Source of the DNA: Elusimicrobiota bacterium
Lineage (GTDB): Bacteria; Elusimicrobiota; Elusimicrobia; Elusimicrobiales; UBA9959
DNA: 64,000 nucleotides
NCBI GenBank assembly: GCA_012517285.1
Contig: JAAYVG010000035.1
Span: forward strand, 7,647 to 71,646
Reading direction: 5' to 3'
Positions 36,917 through 45,941 of the stretch are shown piece after piece. The translations under genes and the position numbers were made by a program. The notes beneath the pieces were generated by a model. The model had not been told where the DNA came from, searched no databases, and saw only the letters and a program-made list of their open reading frames with translations. The number at the start of each line of letters is the position of its first letter. Positions within the stretch are counted from its first letter, which is position 1.

Positions 36917-37042
36917 ATGACAGAAAAAAAGAAAAAGATACTATTAAGGATAACAGACTGGATACTCAATATTTTAATCATATATTATTTAGGAATAAAT
37001 TTATTAATTGGTATCGTGGTTTTAATACTGATAATAAAATAA
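36917..37042 (+). CDS. Possible 41-aa hydrophobic peptide
   Basis: My own translation gives MTEKKKKILLRITDWILNILIIYYLGINLLIGIVVLILIIK. It competes with the ORF-track frame 36874-37062, which looks less protein-like. No clear SD. Confidence 0.3.
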   Translation: MTEKKKKILLRITDWILNILIIYYLGINLLIGIVVLILIIK

Positions 37043-37051
37043 AAGCAGGCT

Positions 37052-37210
37052 ATGAATATTAAGAAAAAGGTTATAATAAAATTGATTGTATTAATAGTGA
37101 TGTTTCTGATTTATCAGTTATGGACAGTTAAAATGATAAAAGAAATAAAAGATTTTGCACAATCTTTAAATAGTATACCCTATTCATTAGGTCCAGGTCA
37201 AAATAATTGA
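37052..37210 (+). CDS. Possible 52-aa membrane-anchored peptide
   Basis: My own translation gives MNIKKKVIIKLIVLIVMFLIYQLWTVKMIKEIKDFAQSLNSIPYSLGPGQNN. It starts 10 nt after the previous small ORF. Confidence 0.3.
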   Translation: MNIKKKVIIKLIVLIVMFLIYQLWTVKMIKEIKDFAQSLNSIPYSLGPGQNN

Positions 37211-37379
37211 GGATACGGTAACAAAAGATTATGGCGGAATTTTTGGAGATAATCGCTTATGAAAAAAATATTATTTTTTGTTGTGTTGGGTTTTATAGTT
37301 TAGTGAACTGGAGTATCTTTCGTGAGTTTTATAATCATGAGCAATGGTATTGTAATAATAGTTGGTGTCATTAATAGAA

Positions 37380-38744
37380 ATGAATAACCTTAAACTTAAC
37401 CTTAACCTTAACCTCTTATATGTGTGTCTGATATTCTTATGTTTACCCCAATGTATATATTCTTTTGATCCAGCAAGTAATGTAAAAGAATCTCAGCTAA
37501 TAAAGAAAAGGTTTATGGATGATATCTATAAAGTGGAAAAAGCAACATTTAACTATTTATCAAATCCATCATTTTATGACGGCATATCAGATGATATCAA
37601 CAATCTCGGTATTGATGAGAAGATAATAAGTGAGTTAAATGATGATGAGCTGGATAAGGCTTTTAGCAAGATGTTCAGGCTTAACTCCTCAAAGAATTTT
37701 CAATTGACAATTTTTGAGAACCTTTTTAATGAGAAGGATAGAAGAGGGATATTAAAGAAAAGGGATAAGGATCTGATTACAATGGTTCTAATTGGTCAGA
37801 GAGATTTTGATAAACTAAAAACTATCTTAAAGAAATATAACATCAAATCAGATATATCAGATATGGATATAGAGCCGTTTTCGTCAAAGAAGGATATAAA
37901 ATATCTTGTGTATGATATAAAAGATTTAAAAAAGGCAGATCTGATAAACCTTCCAATAGATGAGGGGAGGCATATAGTATTTGTGATGTTGCTTTCCTGT
38001 GGAAATGCAGAAATAGCTCTTGATAGCATAATACGAAATAGCTTATCTTTGAGAATATTTAAAAGATATGGGAAAATTATCACACTTGATTTTTCACCGC
38101 AGTCAATACTTTACACAAAAAAACATTACTATAATTTTAGCAATATCTATTCTGCATACAATCACAATAGTTTTAAGAATTTTAATTTAGATGTATCGCC
38201 GGGAATATATTTTGTTAAAAATGGAAAGATACTTTCATACACTAATGGCTGGGATAGAGATAACGGTATTGATGAGTTCATAAAGAAATCAAAGGAGTTA
38301 GGTTTTGATTCAGCTGATGATATAACAAACTTGGATGATAAGGATATCAAACATAAATTAGTTCCTAAGGTTGGTGATCTTCTTTCAAAGATACCTGACA
38401 AGGAAAAAATAGATTTTTTAAATAACCTAAGACTCATAAATGGAATTGTTTCATATTTTGGTTATGATATTTTGTCAAAATATTATAACAACAGTGAAAT
38501 GATTGATATGTATGATCACTTTATGCCATTTGCTGTTGAGTTGAATAAATATAAGGGGACAGTAAATGAGTATAAGCTGGGTGATGTTATTAAAGATCTG
38601 CCAGACGACGAACGCGAAAAATTTGTTTTATCGCTTCAAATTGATAAGGGGTTTATAGTAGGTTGTGGTTATTTTACACCTATTATAGACTTGAGTGCAG
38701 AAAAGCAGAGAGATTTTAAGTGTAAGGTTTTTGGTTGTAGTTAG
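37380..38744 (+). CDS. Secreted protein of unknown function with two C-terminal repeat modules
   Basis: The ATG at 37380 gives MNNLKLNLNLNLLYVCLIFLCLPQCIYS, a signal peptide. An internal repeat is VGDLLSKIPDKEKIDFLNNLRLINGIVSYFGY versus LGDVIKDLPDDEREKFVLSLQIDKGFIVGCGY. I recognise no family. Confidence 0.6.
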   Translation: MNNLKLNLNLNLLYVCLIFLCLPQCIYSFDPASNVKESQLIKKRFMDDIYKVEKATFNYLSNPSFYDGISDDINNLGIDEKIISELNDDELDKAFSKMFRLNSSKNFQLTIFENLFNEKDRRGILKKRDKDLITMVLIGQRDFDKLKTILKKYNIKSDISDMDIEPFSSKKDIKYLVYDIKDLKKADLINLPIDEGRHIVFVMLLSCGNAEIALDSIIRNSLSLRIFKRYGKIITLDFSPQSILYTKKHYYNFSNIYSAYNHNSFKNFNLDVSPGIYFVKNGKILSYTNGWDRDNGIDEFIKKSKELGFDSADDITNLDDKDIKHKLVPKVGDLLSKIPDKEKIDFLNNLRLINGIVSYFGYDILSKYYNNSEMIDMYDHFMPFAVELNKYKGTVNEYKLGDVIKDLPDDEREKFVLSLQIDKGFIVGCGYFTPIIDLSAEKQRDFKCKVFGCS

Positions 38745-38769
38745 GATTAGCCAACAGATTTATTAATGA

Positions 38770-38946
38770 GGGGATGTTATAACGGAGATTAAAAAACTTT
38801 TGAAGGGAAATAGCAAAGAATCGCAAGCACGACTTGATGAAATATTTCGTTTAGCCGGTGATAATCCGAGAACCTTATGGTATCCAAGTGCAGGTAATGA
38901 CTATAGAGATATTTTAAAGCTGAGCAATACACTTTTTATAACGTAA
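38770..38946 (+). pseudogene. Start-less ORF fragment (gene remnant)
   Basis: The frame is open from a stop at 38767-38769 to TAA at 38944-38946 and encodes ...ITEIKKLLKGNSKESQARLDEIFRLAGDNPRTLWYPSAGNDYRDILKLSNTLFIT. It has no ATG or GTG near its beginning. Confidence 0.3.
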
Positions 38947-38983
38947 AATATACAATAGTTTAATTTTATATAATGATTGTATT

Positions 38984-39916
38984 ATGTTAGAGATAAAAAA
39001 TTTAACAAAACGATATGCTAATCTAAGAGGAGTTTCTGATGTCTCTTTTACTTTGGAAAAGGGAAAGATATTATCATACCTCGGTCATAATGGTGCTGGT
39101 AAGACCACTACATTAAGATGTATTATCGGTCTCCTTAAGGCGGATAGTGGAAGTTTTTATTTTAATGGAAATTCATTTTCTCCTTTCTTGGAAGATTCAA
39201 ATGATATAAAAAAGAAATTTGGAGTTGTATTAGATATTCCAGCATTTTATAATAATCTTTCGGCTATGGAAAATTTATATTTCTTTGGTTCTATTTACGG
39301 ATTAACAAAAAAAGATACTGAAAATAATTCTATTCCATTATTAAAAGCTCTTGAAATATTTGAATATAAGGATGAAAAAGTAAAAAAATATTCTAAAGGT
39401 ATGATGCAAAAGCTTTCGTTAGTAAGAGCGTTGATACATAAACCTGAGTTTTTGATCATGGATGAGCCAATGTCAGGATTAGATCCACAGTCAAGACTAA
39501 CAATTAGAAACTTATTATTAGATTTATCCAAAAATAATAATATCGGTATTTTTATAACCTCACACGATTTGGATGAGATTGAAAAGATTACTGATGAGAT
39601 AATGATACTTGAAAATGGAAGGATTGTTATATCTGGAGATGTCTCAAAATTAAAAAACAATGTTTTTCTTAAGAAAAAGTATATATTGGTTTTTGAAACG
39701 GATAACAAAACTAATATTGATTTAATGTTCAAGGAACTAAACTGTCCATTTAATTTAGAGGGCAGTAAAATAAACTTTGAAACTGACAACAACATAGATT
39801 TGGAAAGCATAAACAATCTATGTGCTAAATATTCTATAAAATTACTTGAATTCTCAAAGAAAGAACATAGTTTAGAGGATATATATTTTAAGATTTTGGA
39901 AAGAAATGAAAAATAG
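38984..39916 (+). CDS. ABC transporter ATP-binding protein (ABC-2/bacitracin-type subfamily)
   Basis: Walker A is GHNGAGKTTTL, the signature-like motif is YSKGMMQKLSLVRAL, and Walker B is FLIMDEPMSGLD. Confidence 0.88.
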   Translation: MLEIKNLTKRYANLRGVSDVSFTLEKGKILSYLGHNGAGKTTTLRCIIGLLKADSGSFYFNGNSFSPFLEDSNDIKKKFGVVLDIPAFYNNLSAMENLYFFGSIYGLTKKDTENNSIPLLKALEIFEYKDEKVKKYSKGMMQKLSLVRALIHKPEFLIMDEPMSGLDPQSRLTIRNLLLDLSKNNNIGIFITSHDLDEIEKITDEIMILENGRIVISGDVSKLKNNVFLKKKYILVFETDNKTNIDLMFKELNCPFNLEGSKINFETDNNIDLESINNLCAKYSIKLLEFSKKEHSLEDIYFKILERNEK

Positions 39917-40562
39917 TTTTTCATTAATTATTTTTGATTTTAAAAAATTGTTTTCATTGAGGAGTATAGTTGAAACATTATTTTTGCAGGCTGTAATGCT
40001 TTATTCTATTTATCCAGTCTTAAAGAATAAATCTTTGGGTTATTTTAATATAACAATTTTCTTAATTGGCATATTTTTTTTGATAATCTTTAATTCTTTT
40101 TACGCTAATAAATTTTTTTTAGAAACAAAACAAAATAAAATAATAGACATTTTATTATCATCAGGTGTTTCAATTTATGAAATATTTTTTAGCAAATTAT
40201 TAATATCCTTTTTTTATCTTTTTATTAATTTATTTTTTTATTTCTTTTTGCTTTTTCTTATATTTAAAAGAGCATTATTTTTGGATTTTTATATGCCATT
40301 TATGATTTTAATCATATTATCACCTATACTAATAGCATGGAATGGTTTTTTTACTATTCAGACAAGATACGGTAATTCCCTATCTTATCTTCTTGTTTTT
40401 TTTCTTATATTATTTTTTGTTTTTTTGTTACCTTATGTAGAAAAATATAAAATAACTATTGAATTATTAAAATCTAATCTTTCTTTAGTTCTGATTTTTT
40501 CTTTAATACTTTCTTCTTTACCTTTTTTTATAATCAACAAGGAGAAAATAGTTTTATTATGA
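39906..40562 (+). CDS. ABC-2-type permease-like membrane protein
   Basis: About 6 TM helices and extremely AT-rich. It overlaps the ATPase gene by 11 nt. Confidence 0.6.
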   Translation: MKNSFSLIIFDFKKLFSLRSIVETLFLQAVMLYSIYPVLKNKSLGYFNITIFLIGIFFLIIFNSFYANKFFLETKQNKIIDILLSSGVSIYEIFFSKLLISFFYLFINLFFYFFLLFLIFKRALFLDFYMPFMILIILSPILIAWNGFFTIQTRYGNSLSYLLVFFLILFFVFLLPYVEKYKITIELLKSNLSLVLIFSLILSSLPFFIINKEKIVLL

Positions 40563-41233
40563 AAATTATATTTTTGTTTCTAAAACATACATCAGAATTA
40601 ATTTTAAGATCTCCAATTTATTATCTGTCAGTTATACTTATTGGTTTTATGGATTTTTTTATGTTGATGAAAGGATTTAATACAATTGATGCAAATAAAG
40701 CAATTTTTTTAAATATCTTTTATGGGATATTAGGATCTCATTCAATTATTTTTATAACTATTTTTGCAAGTGAAATTTTCTTAGTTGAAAAAAGAAATGG
40801 AATAGATAGTTTTTTATTATCCATGCCTGTTAAATTATTTGAGATATTAATAGGTAAGGTTTTAGGATTGAGTTTGATTTCTTTTTTATCTAGCCTTGTT
40901 GTTTTTTATATAGTATCTTTGTTTAAGATTCCTTTGGTAAATATTTTTAATTTTGATATCCTCATAGCCATTTTGATAATTTATTTAATATCATTTTTTT
41001 ACTCTTTAATAATTGGAATGAGTATCTGTGTTTCCAAAAATCCTACTATGGTATATGTAGTGTTTTTCTTTTTACTATCCTTTTTAATGAAATTTTTTAA
41101 GATAGATAAAAATTATAGTCAAGACTTATACTTTCTGCATATAACCAATATTTATAAGATTATAATATTATTTGTGTTTTCACTAATAATCTATAAACTT
41201 TTATTTAACAAAAAGAGGTTTTTAGAATCATAA
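40559..41233 (+). CDS. ABC-2-type permease-like membrane protein (second)
   Basis: About 6 TM helices. It has an ATGA overlap with the previous permease gene. Confidence 0.6.
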   Translation: MKIIFLFLKHTSELILRSPIYYLSVILIGFMDFFMLMKGFNTIDANKAIFLNIFYGILGSHSIIFITIFASEIFLVEKRNGIDSFLLSMPVKLFEILIGKVLGLSLISFLSSLVVFYIVSLFKIPLVNIFNFDILIAILIIYLISFFYSLIIGMSICVSKNPTMVYVVFFFLLSFLMKFFKIDKNYSQDLYFLHITNIYKIIILFVFSLIIYKLLFNKKRFLES

Positions 41234-41369
41234 TATCATAATGTCTTATAATCTATATAAAAACTGAAAGTTAAGACTGCAGATTATATTATCGGATAAT
41301 CATTTCGACTTCTGCTTTTTTTATTATAATATATAATATATGTAAAAATGATTAAGGGGACAAACTTAT

Positions 41370-42017
41370 ATGAACAGTATCAAGGAATGTTTTGAGATTA
41401 TTTTAAATGGGGACAGTGAAAATTGTAGGCTGGCCTCTTTAGCAGTGAAAAAAGTATTATATAGAACCGATAATGATATAAAAAAATACGAGGAAATACG
41501 GGAACAGGTAAATCTTGCGCCAGAAAATTATGAGAGAATTACTGAAGAATGGAGACAGAAAAATTTTGTAAGAGCCATTTCAGTTATATATTTTCTACAT
41601 GATGTGAATAAGAGCCCTGATTTCCTTTTCCCATGGTTTTTTCAATTATTAAAAAATAAAAATGGTATTGTTAGATATTCCGCAGTAAAAATGATTTCAC
41701 ATGAATTATGGCCACTTACTGTTCATATACGCTTCCCCGAGAAAAAGTCAACCATTTTAGGAGTCGTACCACCCCATACTGCTGATAAAATTCTTTTTAG
41801 TTTATTTGTATCACTGCATCAATTCTTACAACATTTATGGAAACCAGAATACAAAAAATATAGATATTTTAAAGATTTGCCAACTAATTCATATAAATCA
41901 GTGTCAATGGTTTTAATAGAATTGGAGGAACTGTGTGGTAAAGAATATATAAAATATCTGGAAGATGAATACAAAAAATTATTATCCAACCCGCCTAATA
42001 TTATAGGAACTGCCTGA
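41370..42017 (+). CDS. Cytoplasmic protein of unknown function (helical-repeat-like)
   Basis: The ORF has an SD-like AAGGGGA upstream. The composition suggests helices. I recognise no motif. Confidence 0.5.
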   Translation: MNSIKECFEIILNGDSENCRLASLAVKKVLYRTDNDIKKYEEIREQVNLAPENYERITEEWRQKNFVRAISVIYFLHDVNKSPDFLFPWFFQLLKNKNGIVRYSAVKMISHELWPLTVHIRFPEKKSTILGVVPPHTADKILFSLFVSLHQFLQHLWKPEYKKYRYFKDLPTNSYKSVSMVLIELEELCGKEYIKYLEDEYKKLLSNPPNIIGTA

Positions 42018-42039
42018 AAATATATACCTGACTTTGTCC

Positions 42040-42245
42040 ACAATTTTATACACTACAACCCGAAGTAACCTCGTAGGTTACTTCGGGTTTGGGTAAATTT
42101 ATGATTATATTTTAATATTATTTTGTTGCTAACCAAAAGTAAGCTACGAGGTTACTTTTGGTTCTTTCCTAAACAACTAATTTTATCTGTTTACATCTTG
42201 ATGATTAAATAACCAAACAACTAAACAACCAGATAACTAACATGC
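42040..42245. repeat. Twin-hairpin element copy 2 (inverted) plus the right copy of the island-bounding repeat
   Basis: Hairpins CCCGAAGTAACC-TCGTA-GGTTACTTCGGG (42059-42087) and AACCAAAAGTAAGC-TACGA-GGTTACTTTTGGTT (42131-42163). ATCTGTTTACATCTTGATGATT lies at 42185-42206. Confidence 0.8.
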
Positions 42246-42275
42246 CACATTCATTGGTAAATTTGGCAATATTTA

Positions 42276-42686
42276 CTAATGCCCCTCTTTTTCTATTGTC
42301 TCTTTGACTTTATTAAAAAGATCCTCAGACATCTCCGAGAGATGAAAACTTCTGTTGACGCTCACCATATCAGTCCTTGCAACTGTTGTCTTTTGACCCT
42401 TTGAGTTATAAATTTCATAGTAAAATCTCATCCTGTAAGGGCTTATCTCATCTACCCTTGTTCTTATCTCTATTGTCTCACCATAGAATACTGGTGCTTT
42501 ATAATCTATCTCCTGTTTTCTTATTGCAAAAAGAAAACCATCATCGGCAAGCTTTTTCAAATTAAAGCCTAAATCCTCAACAAACTTTGTGCGGGCCACT
42601 TCTAAAAATCTCATATAATTACCATAATAAACAACACCCTCAGCATCTGTATCATAGTAATATATCTGTTCCTTTGTGATGTGCAT
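42276..42686 (-). CDS. 4HBT/YbgC-like acyl-CoA thioesterase
   Basis: YYYDTDAEGVVYYGNYMRFLEVAR is the hot-dog fold catalytic Asp region. The protein has 136 aa. Confidence 0.85.
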   Translation of the reverse strand: MHITKEQIYYYDTDAEGVVYYGNYMRFLEVARTKFVEDLGFNLKKLADDGFLFAIRKQEIDYKAPVFYGETIEIRTRVDEISPYRMRFYYEIYNSKGQKTTVARTDMVSVNRSFHLSEMSEDLFNKVKETIEKEGH

Positions 42687-42785
42687 ATAACTCTCCTTGG
42701 TTATATTTTATTAATTTTTTAAATTTATTTATATTAAAATAAATAAAAATAAATTCAAACTATCAAAATTTAGTAAAATTTAAGT

Positions 42786-44156
42786 ATGGAAAAAACATTT
42801 CTGGTTCTTGCAGCAGGGCTTGGAACAAGAATGAAATCAAATTTACCAAAGGTTTTACATTCTTTTGATAACAAACCTATCATTTATAATATTCTTAATA
42901 AACTCAAAGGTATAAGTGGTTTTGATATAAAAGTTGTTGTTGGACATAAAAAAGAACTTGTTATTGATAGCATAAACAGGTGGGGCAATATCAATAATAT
43001 TGAGGTGGAGTTCATTGAGCAGAAGGTTTTAAAAGGGAGTGGTGAGGCTGTTATTGAATCGCTTGATAGCATAAGAAGATATGAGACTGTTGTAATTCTT
43101 TCAGGAGATGTCCCGCTTATCAAAAGAAGTACACTTGTGAAAATGATCAGGGATTTCGAACATAAGAAGGCTGATGTCGTTTTGCTTACAGCATTTCTTG
43201 ATGACCCATCAAACTATGGAAGGATAATAAGGGATAAAAGAGGGCGTATAACAGCAATAACTGAGGAATCAGAGCTGAGTGATGAAGAACATAGTATCAG
43301 AGAGATAAACAGTGGAATATATGTTTTTAATGTAAAAAAATTATCTGCGGCTTTAAAGTGTATAAAACCAAAGGGGCCAAAAAGAGAGATCTTTCTTACG
43401 GATGTTGTTAATGAAGTATATAAAAAAGGTGGAGTTATATCTTCTGTTTCCGTAAAGGATAGCGATGAGGTTTATGGACCAAATTCTAAAGAGGCTCTCG
43501 TTGATCTTGAAAAAAGATATTATGTTAAGAATGCTAAAAAACATCTGGGAAATGGTGTTATAATAAAATCAACGGATTTAACATGGATATCTGAAGATGT
43601 TAAAATTGGCAGGGATAGTGTTATATATCCAAACACATATATATATGGCAAGACTGTGATAGGTGAAAACTGTTTGATAGGTCCTGATGTGATAATAGAG
43701 GACTCTGTTATAAATAATAATTCTAATATAAAGGCCTTCTGTGTAATATCAGATAGTGTAGTAGGGGAGAATGTATCTGTAGGACCGTTCTCACATATTA
43801 GGCCACAGTCAAATATAGGACAGTTTGCTAAGATTGGTAATTTCTGTGAGATAAAAAAATCTAATATTGGTGTGAGATCCAAGGTCCAGCATTTGAGTTA
43901 TATAGGTGATACTGAAATGGGCAGTGATGTAAACATTGGTGCTGGGACAATAACCTGTAATTATGATGGGATCAAAAAAAATAAAACTGTGATTGGTGAT
44001 GGAGCGTTTATAGGCTCTAACACAAACCTTGTAGCACCCGTAAATGTTGGAAAAAATTCTCTTATAGGTGCTGGTTCCACGATAACGGATGATGTTTCTG
44101 ATAATGCTCTTGCCATAGCAAGAGCAAGGCAGATAATCAAAGAAAAAAAGAGGTGA
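42786..44156 (+). CDS. glmU: Bifunctional GlcNAc-1-P uridyltransferase / GlcN-1-P acetyltransferase
   Basis: LAAGLGTRMKSNLPKVLH at the N-terminus and C-terminal left-handed beta-helix hexapeptide repeats. Confidence 0.93.
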   Translation: MEKTFLVLAAGLGTRMKSNLPKVLHSFDNKPIIYNILNKLKGISGFDIKVVVGHKKELVIDSINRWGNINNIEVEFIEQKVLKGSGEAVIESLDSIRRYETVVILSGDVPLIKRSTLVKMIRDFEHKKADVVLLTAFLDDPSNYGRIIRDKRGRITAITEESELSDEEHSIREINSGIYVFNVKKLSAALKCIKPKGPKREIFLTDVVNEVYKKGGVISSVSVKDSDEVYGPNSKEALVDLEKRYYVKNAKKHLGNGVIIKSTDLTWISEDVKIGRDSVIYPNTYIYGKTVIGENCLIGPDVIIEDSVINNNSNIKAFCVISDSVVGENVSVGPFSHIRPQSNIGQFAKIGNFCEIKKSNIGVRSKVQHLSYIGDTEMGSDVNIGAGTITCNYDGIKKNKTVIGDGAFIGSNTNLVAPVNVGKNSLIGAGSTITDDVSDNALAIARARQIIKEKKR

Positions 44157-45109
44157 TTATGAAGAAATACTGGGAGGCTGGAGAGCTGAAATTGTTTTCT
44201 GGCAGTTCAAACCCATCTCTTGCAATCAGGATATCTGAGATGCTTGGAATCCCACTTGGAAAGATAAGGGTTTCAAAGTTTGCTGATGGTGAAACAAATG
44301 TAAAGATACTTGAAAATGTTCGTGGCGTTGATTGTTATGTGGTTCAGTCAACCTGTAATCCTGTCAATGAAAATCTTATGGAACTGCTAATTATGATAGA
44401 TGCATTCAGGAGAGCAAGTGCATCAAAGATTATTGCAGTGATTCCATATTTTGGATATGCAAGGGCTGACAGAAAGGCTGAGCCAAGGGTTCCTATAAGT
44501 GCAAAGCTTGTTGCAAATCTTTTAACTGAAGCAGGAGCTGATAGAGTTATAACAATAGATCTTCATGCCCCTCAGATTCAGGGTTTTTTTGATATACCAG
44601 TGGATAATCTTTATGCGAGACCTGTATTCCTTGATTATATAAAGGATATGAGCCTTGGCAATACTGTTGTTGTTTCTCCTGATATAGGAAGTGTAGATAG
44701 ATCAAGATCATTTGCAAAAAGGCTTGATTTAGGACTTGTCATAGTTGATAAAAGAAGACCAAAACCAAACATGGCTGAGGTTTATAACATAATAGGCTCA
44801 GTTAAGGACATGAACTGTTTGATATTTGATGATATGATTGATACCGCAGGAACAATAGCAGCTGTTGCATCCTCAATCAAGGCAGCGGGAGCAGCAAAGA
44901 TAATAGCATTTGCAACGCATGGTGTGCTTTCAAAGGATGCAGTGATCAAATTGAACAACTCTGATATAGAAGAAATAGTTATCACTGACACGATACCATT
45001 TGATATTTCAAAAAGCAATAAGATCAAGTGCGTTACAGTTGCAAATATACTTGGAGAGGCGATAAGAAGGAATCATTTAAGAGAATCAATAAGTGAACTT
45101 TTTGATTAA
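44153..45109 (+). CDS. prs: Ribose-phosphate pyrophosphokinase
   Basis: LFSGSSNPSLA, YFGYARADRK and the PRPP loop DDMIDTAGT are present. There is an ATGA overlap with glmU. Confidence 0.95.
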   Translation: MIMKKYWEAGELKLFSGSSNPSLAIRISEMLGIPLGKIRVSKFADGETNVKILENVRGVDCYVVQSTCNPVNENLMELLIMIDAFRRASASKIIAVIPYFGYARADRKAEPRVPISAKLVANLLTEAGADRVITIDLHAPQIQGFFDIPVDNLYARPVFLDYIKDMSLGNTVVVSPDIGSVDRSRSFAKRLDLGLVIVDKRRPKPNMAEVYNIIGSVKDMNCLIFDDMIDTAGTIAAVASSIKAAGAAKIIAFATHGVLSKDAVIKLNNSDIEEIVITDTIPFDISKSNKIKCVTVANILGEAIRRNHLRESISELFD

Positions 45110-45224
45110 AAAAATATATTCCTGCTAATTAGCTTCAAAAATTTGGTAAAATCTTATTATAGGCTTGATTTTATTGATAATAAAGTCATAAGATTTGATT
45201 GATTGATTTTTATCGGAGGATTGT

Positions 45225-45914
45225 ATGGATAATATTATTATAAATGCTGCTAAAAGAGCTGATGCAGGAGTCAGAGGTAAGTTAAAGAATTTAAGAGATT
45301 CTAAAATGGTCCCGGGTGTTATATATGGTGGAAAGAAAGAACCTATAACTGTTTCAGTAAGCATTAATGACTTGTTAAAGATTTTAAAGGATTCTAAAAA
45401 TTCAGTCGTAACTTTAAAGTATGATGATACTGAGGAAAAGGTTATAATCAAAAATATTCAAAAGCACGTTGTTACTGATAAAATAATTCATGTTGATTTT
45501 AATAGAGTTCTTATGGATAAGAAGGTTGATATAAGGGTCCCAATAAAATTTACAGGGGAGCCTTATGGGGTAAAAACTCAGGGTGGTCTTATAGAGTATG
45601 ATATGAGGGAGCTTAACATAAGATGTCTTCCTGCTGATATACCTCAGGAGATAACAATAGATATAGCTCCTCTCAAGATAGGAGATATAGTTAGAGTAAA
45701 GGATATAAAAGCAGAAAGATTTGAATTAAGGGATAATCCAGAAAATATTATAATAAGCATCGTTACAGCTAAGGAAGAGGTTGTGGCTCAACCACAGCCA
45801 GCAGAGGCTACTACCCAGCCAGAGGTTATAGAAAAGGGAAAGAAGCCAGCTGAGGGAGAAGAGCCAGCAAAGGAAGCCCCAGCAAAAGAAGCAAAGAAGG
45901 AAGATAAAAAATAA
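45225..45914 (+). CDS. rplY: Ribosomal protein L25 / general stress protein Ctc
   Basis: RGKLKNLRDSKMVPGVIYGG and HVDF are present, with a low-complexity PAKE tail. It sits in the conserved prs-ctc-pth context. Confidence 0.9.
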   Translation: MDNIIINAAKRADAGVRGKLKNLRDSKMVPGVIYGGKKEPITVSVSINDLLKILKDSKNSVVTLKYDDTEEKVIIKNIQKHVVTDKIIHVDFNRVLMDKKVDIRVPIKFTGEPYGVKTQGGLIEYDMRELNIRCLPADIPQEITIDIAPLKIGDIVRVKDIKAERFELRDNPENIIISIVTAKEEVVAQPQPAEATTQPEVIEKGKKPAEGEEPAKEAPAKEAKKEDKK

Positions 45915-45941
45915 GCTTCTGTTTTACTGTAAAGGTTATAA

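Noticed and set aside
36874-37062. The ORF-track 62-aa ORF (MILKRWLTRQLTDKNDRKKEKD...).
   Set aside because: It is highly charged and low-complexity, with no SD. The alternative frame (36917-37042) gives a cleaner membrane-peptide architecture. Neither frame is certain, so only the alternative is listed, at low confidence.
39295-39924. A 209-aa minus-strand ORF antisense to the ABC ATPase gene. Similar long antisense ORFs occur at 33293-33775, 382-705, 5787-6080, 58446-58808, 23175-23519 and 52413-52751.
   Set aside because: Each lies fully inside a sense ORF that has clear family motifs. Their Ser/Leu/Phe/Ile-rich composition is what is expected from reading Lys/Glu/Asn-rich codons backwards. 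None has an SD or a recognisable motif.
41279-41322. GCAGA...TCTGC followed by T7 after the second permease gene, as an intrinsic terminator.
   Set aside because: The stem is only 5 bp around a 27-nt loop. The inner ATTATC-G-GATAAT palindrome cannot form a hairpin. The evidence is too weak to list as a feature.
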